A DNA stretch of 59,136 nucleotides from an uncultured Candidatus Saccharibacteria bacterium (GTDB lineage Bacteria; Patescibacteriota; Minisyncoccia; Portnoybacterales; UBA2143), in the NCBI GenBank assembly GCA_964346955.1, contig CAYFWT010000021.1, positions 1 through 59,136 of the forward strand. The letters run 5' to 3'. Under the pieces are notes generated by a model. The model searched no databases and was not told the DNA's origin. It was given only the letters and a program-made list of their open reading frames with translations. The translations under genes were made by a program, and so were the position numbers. This document shows, piece after piece, positions 35,294-44,068 of the stretch (position 1 is its first letter; every line of letters starts with the position of its first letter).

Positions 35294-36721
35294 TTATCCC
35301 TTAACCACACCCATTGGTCTTAATCTGACTACTAACTTGGCTAAATTAGCTTTAACTACTACATCAACTACATTATGAATATCTTTGTAAGCTAAGGGAG
35401 CTTCTTCAGCTAAGCCTTTATTACTTAAACAGCGAACAACAATGCCTTTTTCTTCTAATTGACGGCGCAACTCGCTTCCTTGAACTTGCCTGATAGCCGC
35501 ATGGCGGCTCATGACCCGACCGGCTCCGTGGCAGACAGAAAAGAAAGTCTCTTTAGCTTTTTCAGTACCGACTAGAATATAGGAAGCAGTACCCATGGTG
35601 CCAGGAATCAAAACCGGCTGGCCAATTTGACGGTAAGCTGGCGGCACTTCGGGATGACCCTTGGCAAAAGCTCGGGTGGCTCCTTTGCGATGAACGCAAA
35701 CTTTTCTCCCTTGATGCTCTTCCAGTTTAGCAATATTATGAGCCACATCGTAGATTAACTTCAGTTGGCCACTTTTCTCTCCCAGAATTCTCTGCCAAGC
35801 CTTCCTGATTAAATACATAATCAATTGCCGATTAGCCCAGGCGTAATTGGCTGAGGCAGCCATCGCTTTAAAATACTCTTGACCTTCGGAACAATTAAAT
35901 GGCACACAGGCTAATTCTGGATCAGCTAATTTAATCTTATATTTTGATAAAGCATTATGCATCACTTTGACATAATCAGTACAAACCTGATGACCGAGCC
36001 CTCGCGAACCAGAATGAATCATTACGGTAACTTGGTCTTTAAACAGACCAAAAATCTTAGCTACCTCCTCATCAAAAATTTCTTCCACTCTTTGCACTTC
36101 TAAAAAATGGTTACCTGAGCCAAGAGTACCTAATTGGTCCTTACCACGGCCTTTAGCTCTTTCGGAAACTGCTCTGGCATCAGCGCCAGCCATCGCTCCT
36201 TCTTCTTCACAATGCTCAACATCTTCTTTTTGGCCATAACCTTTAGCCACCACCCATTTAACCCCTTTCTCCAAAACATTTCTCATTGATTCTGGGCTTA
36301 GCTTTACCCCACCGCCTCGACCAACTCCACTGGGTACATCTCGCTGAATTTGGTTCATTAAATCAAGCAAGTATGGCTTAACTTCTCCATATTTCAAATC
36401 AGAATGAAGCAGCCGCACACCACAGTTAATATCATAGCCAACTCCACCAGGTGAAATCACCCCTTTTTCTATATCCATGGCGGCCACCCCACCAATAGGA
36501 AAACCATAGCCCTCATGAATATCAGGCATGGCTAAAGACCAGTTGATTATCCCTGACAAAGTCGCTACATTGATTAACTGTTCTAAAGAACGGTCTTCAA
36601 AAACTTTTCCTAATAACCGCTCGTCAGCGTAAATCTGAGCGGGCACTCGCATGTCGCCCCGAAAACTCTTGGGGATTTCCCAGAGATAGTCATTGATTTT
36701 AACTAAATCGTTCTTAATCAT
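35294..36721 (-). CDS. rtcB: RNA-splicing ligase RtcB
   Basis: 475 aa with GGVGYDINCGVR, GSGNHFLEVQ, HSGSRGLGHQV and CHGAGR. Confidence 0.95.
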   Translation of the reverse strand: MIKNDLVKINDYLWEIPKSFRGDMRVPAQIYADERLLGKVFEDRSLEQLINVATLSGIINWSLAMPDIHEGYGFPIGGVAAMDIEKGVISPGGVGYDINCGVRLLHSDLKYGEVKPYLLDLMNQIQRDVPSGVGRGGGVKLSPESMRNVLEKGVKWVVAKGYGQKEDVEHCEEEGAMAGADARAVSERAKGRGKDQLGTLGSGNHFLEVQRVEEIFDEEVAKIFGLFKDQVTVMIHSGSRGLGHQVCTDYVKVMHNALSKYKIKLADPELACVPFNCSEGQEYFKAMAASANYAWANRQLIMYLIRKAWQRILGEKSGQLKLIYDVAHNIAKLEEHQGRKVCVHRKGATRAFAKGHPEVPPAYRQIGQPVLIPGTMGTASYILVGTEKAKETFFSVCHGAGRVMSRHAAIRQVQGSELRRQLEEKGIVVRCLSNKGLAEEAPLAYKDIHNVVDVVVKANLAKLVVRLRPMGVVKG

Positions 36722-36817
36722 ACTCCTCTATTTTAATTAATTTTTGGTAAAAATAAAAGGCGGTCTTTATAGGCTGATTCAAAGACCGCCTTCAAAATTA
36801 CTTTGAAAATAGAAATT

Positions 36818-37231
36818 CTAAATATCAAAGATGACTACTGCCTCCCAATGACTATCAACTTGCTTAATCTCTAAATCATGGTAAGTGGCTGCTTTAATTT
36901 CTATTTGTTTTTGGTCAACTTTTTGGCCAACTATTTTGGCGCGCAGACGATTTTCTGACAATTCCTCAATTTTAAAATCAGTATATACTTTCTTATTTAA
37001 ATCACTGCGAGATAAAATCTCATTAAGCCAGTCAACTAAAAGAGAATTAAGGTCGGAAGATTTTATTTCTACTGACTCCCCTTCTTCTTTTTCTAATTTT
37101 TGCTTAGTAATGTCTGGCTCTTGCTGTTCGGCAATGGCTAAAGCAGCATTGATAAATAGTTCAGCCAAATCTTGGCCAGAGACTTTAATTTTTAAATCAG
37201 CAATATGTTCTAAGACCTCGAATTTTCTCAT
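36818..37231 (-). CDS. archease (RtcB activator)
   Basis: MRKFEVLEHIADLKIKVSGQDLAELFINAALA...KAATYHDLEI...WEAVVIFDI. The ATG at 37231 forms an ATGA overlap with the upstream ORF. Confidence 0.85.
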   Translation of the reverse strand: MRKFEVLEHIADLKIKVSGQDLAELFINAALAIAEQQEPDITKQKLEKEEGESVEIKSSDLNSLLVDWLNEILSRSDLNKKVYTDFKIEELSENRLRAKIVGQKVDQKQIEIKAATYHDLEIKQVDSHWEAVVIFDI

Positions 37232-37743
37232 AGTTTTGGGGACCAAATTACTCTGGTAGTACTTTCCTGATGAGGCCATTTGATTTCTAAATTTCCCTTA
37301 AAAGCTCGTTTGATTTGCTTGCCAATACTGACAGCCAATTGATTCTCCGTAGTTAAAATTTCTAGATTATTATTTTTTTCTTGAATTTCTATAATTCTAT
37401 CTAAGGGGTCTCTTTGAAAAGCTCGTTGGCCAACGTTTTTGACTAAATTTAAAATCTCTTCTTTTTTATTAATGGGGACATTTTTTAAAATAACCTGGCC
37501 TTCATACATTTTATCTTTAATCATTTGACAAGCTGGACATAAAGTAAATTTTATTCTTTTATCTTCGGAAAGCTTTTGATAGTCTTCTAAGCGGTGATGC
37601 CAGCCTTTGTAATAATAAACTGCCCCACATTCCTTACAGAGAACAATACCAATCTGACCAGGCCCAAATTCCTGCTCTTCTTTCTTTGACTTAGGAATTC
37701 TATGATGAAATCTGCCTTTAATTTGTCTCTGCGGTTTAGTCAT
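37228..37743 (-). CDS. zinc-ribbon protein, possibly NMD3-like (BCAM0308-type) family
   Basis: 171 aa with CKECGAVYYYKGWHH...CPACQMIKDKMYEGQVIL. The family assignment is from memory and needs an HMM check. It is translationally coupled to archease. Confidence 0.5.
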   Translation of the reverse strand: MTKPQRQIKGRFHHRIPKSKKEEQEFGPGQIGIVLCKECGAVYYYKGWHHRLEDYQKLSEDKRIKFTLCPACQMIKDKMYEGQVILKNVPINKKEEILNLVKNVGQRAFQRDPLDRIIEIQEKNNNLEILTTENQLAVSIGKQIKRAFKGNLEIKWPHQESTTRVIWSPKL

Positions 37744-37747
37744 TAGC

Positions 37748-38902
37748 TCATAAATAATAAATGATTTGATAAATAATTCCTAAACTTAAGATTAGAATTA
37801 ATCCATAGCCAAAAATTGGGGATAATTTAAGAGAATATTCTGGTTGACGCTGGCCTAATTTTTTAGCTTTTTGATAAATCAGAACTAAGAGTATTCCTTC
37901 TAAACCAACCAAAGCAGCTCCTAAAAAACCAATTACCGCAATAAAGTCGCGCAGATGTAGCAAATAAGCTATCACAGGAACAAAGCAAGTCAGAGCCCAA
38001 GCTAGATGTTTATTAATCTTATAATCATACCAAAAAATCTTTTTTAAGCATAAACCTAAGACTAAAAAGGAAGTGGCTACCGCTAAAAGACCAAAAATAG
38101 CTCCTAAAATAATGGTCCGGTTTTCTAGAACTTGGACCAAACCACCAATGGCTTCTGGCGAGGTTTGGGAACCAGTTACTCCGACCACAGTGAGAACAAA
38201 AAGAGCATAAAGAAAGATGGGCAAAAGAGTCCCCCAAATAATGGCTTTTTTAAAAAATTTATACCCTGAGCCTAGTTTACCCTGAGCTTGTCGAAGAGAA
38301 GGGCTGAAAATTTCCTTCATCTCTGGGATAGCGGCCCAGCCACCAGCCGCCCAAAGAATTACCCCATAAGGCAGAAAAAAATATGGCCAATTCAAAGTAG
38401 CTAAATTATTAAATTTAATAGTTGGCCAGCCCTCAATAAATATTAAAATGATAACCATGATTAAAAATAAGCTCATCAGAATTTCCATTTTGGTGATTAC
38501 TCGCAAGCCGAAAAAAACTGCTAAGGAACAAATACTAAAGAAAATCAAGCTCCAAATGAAATCAGAGCGGCCAAAAATTGTCGCTAAAAATTTACCTCCA
38601 ACAATTGTATAAGCGAGCAAAGCACCGTAAATAGTAAAAACAGAAGTGAGAGTGGCTAATCGCTTGCCCCAGTTGCCTAAATATCTTTGGGCATAACCAA
38701 CAAAGCGATGTTTGCCTGGGGTACGTAAAACAATTTCTCCATAAAACAAATGGAGCAACAGAACAGCCATACCCAAAACAAATAAAAAAAGCAGGCCAAG
38801 CAAAAAACCGGACCTAGCCACTACGTAAGGGATGCCAAAGATTCCTACGCCGACTATTGTGCCAATTAGAGTAGCTGTGGCACCGTAAAAGTTTTTATTC
38901 AT
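37748..38902 (-). CDS. amino-acid permease (aromatic amino acid/Trp-Tyr permease-like, ~11 TM)
   Basis: 384-aa polytopic ORF with an N-terminal GTIVGVGIFGIPY pattern. Confidence 0.7.
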   Translation of the reverse strand: MNKNFYGATATLIGTIVGVGIFGIPYVVARSGFLLGLLFLFVLGMAVLLLHLFYGEIVLRTPGKHRFVGYAQRYLGNWGKRLATLTSVFTIYGALLAYTIVGGKFLATIFGRSDFIWSLIFFSICSLAVFFGLRVITKMEILMSLFLIMVIILIFIEGWPTIKFNNLATLNWPYFFLPYGVILWAAGGWAAIPEMKEIFSPSLRQAQGKLGSGYKFFKKAIIWGTLLPIFLYALFVLTVVGVTGSQTSPEAIGGLVQVLENRTIILGAIFGLLAVATSFLVLGLCLKKIFWYDYKINKHLAWALTCFVPVIAYLLHLRDFIAVIGFLGAALVGLEGILLVLIYQKAKKLGQRQPEYSLKLSPIFGYGLILILSLGIIYQIIYYL

Positions 38903-38915
38903 TGTTTCCGTCCCA

Positions 38916-39188
38916 TTAACGGGGGATATATCCTTGTTGAATTAACCAACTTGATAGATAGACAGAAACCAACCCCCAAAGAATAGCCACCGCTAAAATT
39001 ATTTTAGCTTCTTTTTTCAATTCTGGCTCAGTCCAAAAAGCCAGCCCTAAAACTAAGCCTGATAAAATAGGATTAAGTAAGGCGATAACGATGCCCAGCC
39101 AGAACCATTTTTTCCGGGAAGTTAAAGTAATCTTTTCCTTATTTGGTGACTCAGCCAACGGAGAAGGAGTCATCCTTTCTTCAACCAC
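38916..39188 (-). CDS. hypothetical small membrane protein (2 TM)
   Basis: 90-aa ORF that overlaps the HIT gene by 8 nt. Confidence 0.4.
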   Translation of the reverse strand: MVEERMTPSPLAESPNKEKITLTSRKKWFWLGIVIALLNPILSGLVLGLAFWTEPELKKEAKIILAVAILWGLVSVYLSSWLIQQGYIPR

Positions 39189-39516
39189 TTATCTCACCTC
39201 CTCCCATTAAATGCAGATGAAGATGATCAATAAGCTGACCAGCCCCGCGACCAACATTAAAAGTTAATCGATAGCCTTTTTTAGCTATACCTTGTTTTTC
39301 AGCTAACTCCTTAGCCAAGAAAATTATCTGATTAACTAAATTTCTATCTTCCTCTACTAATTCATTAATCGAGCGGATATGCTTCTTAGGAGCAATCAAA
39401 AGATGAACTGGTGCTTTGGGGTTAATATCTTTAAAAACAATTATCTCTTTGTCTTCGTAAACAATCTCAGCTTTTCCTTGATGATTAGCAATTTGACAAA
39501 AAATACAATCTTTCAT
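39181..39516 (-). CDS. HIT-family nucleotide hydrolase
   Basis: CIFCQI and histidine triad HLHLHLMGG. Confidence 0.9.
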   Translation of the reverse strand: MKDCIFCQIANHQGKAEIVYEDKEIIVFKDINPKAPVHLLIAPKKHIRSINELVEEDRNLVNQIIFLAKELAEKQGIAKKGYRLTFNVGRGAGQLIDHLHLHLMGGGEISG

Positions 39517-39529
39517 AATTTCAATGAAT

Positions 39530-40834
39530 TTATTTTTTAAGTTTTTTCTTCAGCTCTTTAACTACTTTTTCCAAAGGAACAACCTCTTGAATGCCTGAGG
39601 ACATGTCTCTGATAATAATTGTCTCATCAAGTGCCTCCTTTTGTCCCAAAATCAAGGCAAAGCTAGCTTTCAGTTTGTCAGCTAATTTCAACTGGGCTTT
39701 AATAGTGTTTCGACTAAAAGAACCGGCCGTCTCTAAACCAGCTCCTCGTAGCTCCTCAAACAATTTTAAGGACTTCTTTTTGCCTAAATCACCTAACTGA
39801 ACTAGAAAAATTAAGGGGCGGGCTCTGGAAACAATCTTTATACTTCTCGCTTTCATTAAATTAACCATTCTATCTAAGCCCATGGCAAAACCGACGGCTG
39901 GGGTATCTTTGCCTCCCAAAAGCTTAATTAAATCATCATAGCGGCCACCACCGCCTAAAGAGATTTGACGACCCTCCTCCTCTTCTGGCCAGAATTCAAA
40001 AACTGTCTTAGTATAATAATCTAGGCCACGCACTAAATAGGAATTTAAAATATAAGGAATTCCTAAATCATCTAAGAACTCTAAGACATTTTTAAAATGG
40101 TTCCGACACTCTTCACATAAATAATCAATAATTTGGGGGGCTTGCTCGGCTAATCGAATACATTTGGTCTCTTTACAATCTAACAATCTCAATGGGTTTT
40201 GAGAAAGTCGCTTTTGACAATTAGGACAAAGTTCTCCTTTCCTGCTTCGGTAAAAGTTTACCAAAGTTTTTCGATAATTGGGCCGACAACGGGCACAACC
40301 AAGGCTATTAATTTGGGCAATCAAGTTTTTAAGGCCTAATTCTTTGCTAATAGAAAAAAATAACTGAATTAAATGGGCATCAAGAACTGGGTCTTTTTCG
40401 CCAATAATTTCAAAATTAGCTTGATAAGATTGCCGATAACGCCCTGCCTGTGGCCTCTCGTAACGAAAGATAGGTCCAAGGCTATATAACTTGACCGGAT
40501 GAGGAAGACTGACCAAACCATCTTCCAAATAAGCCCTCATAATAGCAGGAGTAAATTCAGGCCGCAAAGTTAACCTATCACCTCCCTTAGTTCTTAGGGT
40601 ATACATTTCCTTTTCAACAATATCAGTATAGGTACCAGTCCCTTTAATAAACAAATCTGTTTCCTCTAAAATAGGCGTCTCTATCCGTTCAAAACCATAA
40701 GCCCTAGCTAAATTTTTAATCGCCTGCTTAATCCTTTCCCAATATACCTGTTCCTCGGGTAAAATATCCCGCATTCCCTTAGGGGCTTGAAATGTTTTTT
40801 TAGTTCTGGGATTGGTTTTGGGTTTAGGTGGCAT
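39530..40834 (-). CDS. hisS: histidine--tRNA ligase
   Basis: 434 aa with GMRDILP, LRPEFT, FRYERPQ.GR.RQ and GGGRYD motifs. Confidence 0.95.
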   Translation of the reverse strand: MPPKPKTNPRTKKTFQAPKGMRDILPEEQVYWERIKQAIKNLARAYGFERIETPILEETDLFIKGTGTYTDIVEKEMYTLRTKGGDRLTLRPEFTPAIMRAYLEDGLVSLPHPVKLYSLGPIFRYERPQAGRYRQSYQANFEIIGEKDPVLDAHLIQLFFSISKELGLKNLIAQINSLGCARCRPNYRKTLVNFYRSRKGELCPNCQKRLSQNPLRLLDCKETKCIRLAEQAPQIIDYLCEECRNHFKNVLEFLDDLGIPYILNSYLVRGLDYYTKTVFEFWPEEEEGRQISLGGGGRYDDLIKLLGGKDTPAVGFAMGLDRMVNLMKARSIKIVSRARPLIFLVQLGDLGKKKSLKLFEELRGAGLETAGSFSRNTIKAQLKLADKLKASFALILGQKEALDETIIIRDMSSGIQEVVPLEKVVKELKKKLKK

Positions 40835-40839
40835 AATAC

Positions 40840-41376
40840 TTAAAACACCCCTGCCTTATCAAGTGGCCAGGCGCGAAGCCAAACTCGACCAATAATAAAT
40901 TCTTTTGACAAGGCTCCCCATTGACGAGAATCGGAGCTGGCTTGGCGATTATCACCTAAAACAAAATACTCATCTTTACCTAAGCTAACCTTAATATTTC
41001 CCCAGGTGATTACTCCTTTAGCCAAATAGGAAGACTCATCTAAAACTACTCCCTGAGGATATGGGAGATTATAAATAATCACCTGGTTGTCTTTAACCTC
41101 AATTGTCTCGCCAGGCAAGCCGATAATTCTTTTAATATAATACTGGGAGAGATCTAAAGGATATCTAAAAACTATCACCTCGCCTCGCTCTGGTTCCTCA
41201 AAACGATAACCAATTTCGTTAATGACTAAATATTGACCATTATCAAAATTAGGCTCCATGGAAGCCCCTCGGACAAAAAATGGCTGAATTAAATAATAAC
41301 GGACAGGAATAATAATGGTTAAGGAAATAATAACTATTTTGAAAGTTTCCCAAATAAAAGTAAATAATTTTTTCAT
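40840..41376 (-). CDS. lepB: signal peptidase I
   Basis: GASMEPN (catalytic Ser), YIKRIIGLPGE and GDNR..S.DSR. Confidence 0.9.
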   Translation of the reverse strand: MKKLFTFIWETFKIVIISLTIIIPVRYYLIQPFFVRGASMEPNFDNGQYLVINEIGYRFEEPERGEVIVFRYPLDLSQYYIKRIIGLPGETIEVKDNQVIIYNLPYPQGVVLDESSYLAKGVITWGNIKVSLGKDEYFVLGDNRQASSDSRQWGALSKEFIIGRVWLRAWPLDKAGVF

Positions 41377-41470
41377 AATGATTTTAATTTTAACTTATTT
41401 CTCAAAGAAAATCAAATTTAGTATAATTGAAATAACAACCAAACCATTAGACAAAATCTAATTAACTTCG

Positions 41471-42634
41471 ATGGATCGTTTTAAACAAATTAATCGTTTA
41501 ATTGAAAAAGGCTTATTTGATGAACGATTGAAAAAAAAGAGACAGCAGCATGAAAAATATTTACAAATTGCTTGTCTGATTGTCTTTCTTTCAATCCTCT
41601 TATCCATTTCGATGCTTATTCGACAGCTAATCCCTGCTTCCTCTATAGAAGTTTCTTCCAAAAGCAAAGAAGGGACCCTGGCTAGTCAGCTAAGCGGGGA
41701 GGAAAGAAAAATTATTCCCCCCTTACCTTTGCCTCTTTCACTAAAGGTGGATTTGCCTTTGGTGAAAAAATTATTCAAAGAGACTAAATCAGAAATTAAT
41801 ATTCTTACTCTAGGTAGACCTGGCCGAGGTTATTCTGGTCAAGACTTAACTGATACCATTATCTTAGCTCACTTAAAGCCAGCTGAGGAGAAATTAATTC
41901 TAATCTCTATACCACGTGACCTATTGGTCAGAATTCCCTATCGAGATCCATCAACCGGGACCTTCCAAAAATCAAATGAGACAGGTTTAGTTAAAATTAA
42001 TTCTCTTTATGCTTTAGTTGGCATTGAAGGGCTTAAAGAGAAAATAGAAGAAATTACTGAGTTACCTGTTGATCATTATGCTTTAGTTGATTTAGTAGTG
42101 GCTAAAGAAATTATTGAATTAGTTGACGGACTTAATGTTTTTGTCCCCCAAGATATTGATGATCCTTATTTTCCTGGCCCCAATTATACTTATCAAGCCT
42201 TTGCTCTTAAGTCAGGTTGGCGTTATCTAGATGGTGAGACCGCTCTTAAATATATCAGAACCCGCTATACTTCGCCTAACGGTGATTTTGACCGCATGGC
42301 TCGGCAACAGCAGATTATTACACTGCTTAAACAAAAAGTCCTTGCTCTTAATCCTCTTTGGAATTTTTTAACCTATTTAAAAATCTTCAATACTCTTAAA
42401 GACCACATTGAAACTGACTTAGCTCTATTGGAAATGAAATCCCTTTGGCAAACAGTTCGCGAGATAGAGACGAATCAGATAACTACGGTGGTTATTGATA
42501 AAAAGCGGACTAATTTATTAGTCGGTGGCCAGATTATGCTTGGTCAACAAAAAGCTTCAGTGGTTTATCCTAAGGCAGGCCAGGGAAATTATGATGAAAT
42601 TAGAGATTTCATTCAACAAGTAATAAATAATTAA
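41471..42634 (+). CDS. LytR-CpsA-Psr (LCP) family cell-envelope transferase
   Basis: TM anchor, DTIILAHL, ISIPRDL, and ALKYIRTRY...DFDRMARQQ. Confidence 0.85.
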   Translation: MDRFKQINRLIEKGLFDERLKKKRQQHEKYLQIACLIVFLSILLSISMLIRQLIPASSIEVSSKSKEGTLASQLSGEERKIIPPLPLPLSLKVDLPLVKKLFKETKSEINILTLGRPGRGYSGQDLTDTIILAHLKPAEEKLILISIPRDLLVRIPYRDPSTGTFQKSNETGLVKINSLYALVGIEGLKEKIEEITELPVDHYALVDLVVAKEIIELVDGLNVFVPQDIDDPYFPGPNYTYQAFALKSGWRYLDGETALKYIRTRYTSPNGDFDRMARQQQIITLLKQKVLALNPLWNFLTYLKIFNTLKDHIETDLALLEMKSLWQTVREIETNQITTVVIDKKRTNLLVGGQIMLGQQKASVVYPKAGQGNYDEIRDFIQQVINN

Positions 42635-42642
42635 GCTCTGAA

Positions 42643-42869
42643 CATCATGCCTGACCCATTTTCGAAAACATCTGGAAAAACTTTGCTTGTCTGCCGGAGG
42701 CAGGCAGGGAAATAAAGGAGTTTTTCTGGTGAAAAATAGCGGTCGGAAAACCCAGCCCTTTCGAAAAAAGGGCTGGGGCAAACGGGCACCGCGTTAAATT
42801 TTTCACCAGAAAAACGACTGTTATTTTCAAAGTTTTGGAAGCAGTTTGAGAAATGGGTTAGGCATGATG
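42643..42869. repeat. 227-nt nested imperfect palindrome (structured RNA or MITE-like element)
   Basis: Outer arms catcatgcctgacccattt/aaatgggttaggcatgatg (18/19). Then aaaactttg/caaagtttt. Then a perfect 17-bp tttttctggtgaaaaat/atttttcaccagaaaaa. Central 10-bp hairpin cccagccctt/aagggctggg. Side hairpin ctgcc-gga-ggcag. Confidence 0.55.
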
Positions 42870-42888
42870 CCTTGCCAAAACAAAGCCT

Positions 42889-43428
42889 ATGAAATTAATT
42901 GTTGGTTTAGGTAATCCAGGAGATAAATACAAAAAAACTCGACATAATCTCGGCTGGCGGGTTGTTGATGAATTACATCAGAGCCTAGAATTTGGAATTT
43001 GGAATTTAGCAAAGAAGTTTAACACCTTAATCTCTGAAGGAATCTTTAATCAAGAAAGAATTATTTTAGCCAAGCCAAAAACTTTTATGAATAATTCTGG
43101 CCTGGCCACTAAAGCTTTGGCTGATTATTACAAAATTCCTAGTGAAAATATTTTGATTATTCATGACGAGATTGACCTACCATTGGGAGAAATCCGTATC
43201 CAAAAAGGCCGTGGCTCAGCTGGTCATAAGGGAGCTCAATCAATTATTGAGCAATTAGGGACTAAAGACTTTGCCAGAATGAGAATTGGCATTAAATCAA
43301 TGCATAGCGAACAACAAACATTAGACAGCGAAAGGTTTGTTTTAAGTAAATTTACTCCTGAAGAAGAAAAAATTGTCCGAAAGACAATAAAAGAGGCCGG
43401 GCAAGTGATTGCCACGGCCTTAAAATAA
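42889..43428 (+). CDS. pth: peptidyl-tRNA hydrolase
   Basis: MKLIVGLGNPG..Y..TRHN.G and the HDE.DLP.G...K..GG..GHNG-like pattern (GSAGHKG). Confidence 0.95.
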   Translation: MKLIVGLGNPGDKYKKTRHNLGWRVVDELHQSLEFGIWNLAKKFNTLISEGIFNQERIILAKPKTFMNNSGLATKALADYYKIPSENILIIHDEIDLPLGEIRIQKGRGSAGHKGAQSIIEQLGTKDFARMRIGIKSMHSEQQTLDSERFVLSKFTPEEEKIVRKTIKEAGQVIATALK

Positions 43429-43443
43429 AGAGGGCAGGAAAAA

Positions 43444-43629
43444 TTAATTCTTATATTGATGAGCCAATCTCTCCAGTTCCCTCTTTCGCTGGGTGAGCTC
43501 GCCATAAGGGACCACATCAAGAACTAGGCCATCCTGCTTCTTAAGCAAGACACTCTCTCCCTTAAGCTCCAAAACGAAGCCAGCGGGAAGCTTAATTTTC
43601 AATTCTCTATGATCCAATATTGGTGACAT
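43444..43629 (-). CDS. small soluble hypothetical protein (61 aa)
   Basis: Internal ATG at 43629 with SD aaaggag 7 nt upstream gives MSPILDHRELKIKLPAGFVLELKGESVLLKK.... The longer ORF-track version overlaps the upstream gene. Confidence 0.4.
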   Translation of the reverse strand: MSPILDHRELKIKLPAGFVLELKGESVLLKKQDGLVLDVVPYGELTQRKRELERLAHQYKN

Positions 43630-43643
43630 TTCTTTGTCTCCTT

Positions 43644-43838
43644 TCATTGTCTTCTCCATTTTCTCATTCGGTAAGCCACCCAAGCTACTATAGCCAGCCC
43701 CAAACAACTCAAGACTACTCCCGGCCAGAACCCAGACCAAGGCAGAGACCTTTCGGTTTCAATAGTGCCCACCCCGACAAAAATCAGTACCAGACCAATT
43801 AACATAGCCAAGGTTACTCCTAAAGTTCCGTTTCTCAT
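43644..43838 (-). CDS. small two-TM membrane protein (64 aa) with basic C-terminus
   Basis: MRNGTLGVTLAMLIGLVLIFVGVG...VVLSCLGLAIVAWVAYRMRKWRRQ. Strong SD taaggaggcgaag precedes the ATG. Confidence 0.5.
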   Translation of the reverse strand: MRNGTLGVTLAMLIGLVLIFVGVGTIETERSLPWSGFWPGVVLSCLGLAIVAWVAYRMRKWRRQ

Positions 43839-43894
43839 CTTCGCCTCCTTAAAAAATTTATTATTCTAATGTTAAAAAAACTATACCATCTAAC

Positions 43895-44024
43895 CTTCAT
43901 GAGCCTACCTAGGAGTGTTAGAGACAAATCCGCAAAAACAGATCATCTCTAATACTTAGGCCTCACTGAGACTTTAGGAGGGATTAGTCCAGATATTGGC
44001 CACTCACTAGGCAGGCTAATGAAG
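43895..44024 (-). ncRNA. candidate structured leader/sRNA (~130 nt); strand inferred from promoter
   Basis: A closing helix of about 21 bp between 43895-43917 and 44001-24 (two mismatches, one bulge), plus an inner hairpin ttagaga...tctctaa. It lies between a consensus promoter and the 64-aa gene. Confidence 0.35.
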
Positions 44025-44040
44025 ATTAAATATTGCTAAC

Positions 44041-44068
44041 ATTATATCAAAATGATAGAATTTGTCAA
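44041..44068 (-). promoter_or_regulatory. consensus sigma70 promoter (TTGACA-16-TATAAT) on minus strand
   Basis: -35 at 44068-44063 and -10 at 44046-44041. The dprA ATG (44052) lies inside the spacer on the other strand. Confidence 0.5.

Noticed and set aside
42557-42830. Two minus-strand ORFs (74 and 61 aa) in the LCP-pth gap
   Set aside because: They are translations of the long palindrome, have no SD, and overlap each other and the LCP gene end. A structured or repeat element explains the region better.
42643-42869. Retron msr/msd or IS200/IS605-type guide RNA
   Set aside because: No reverse transcriptase, TnpB or IscB gene is adjacent, and the flanking genes are housekeeping (LCP, pth).
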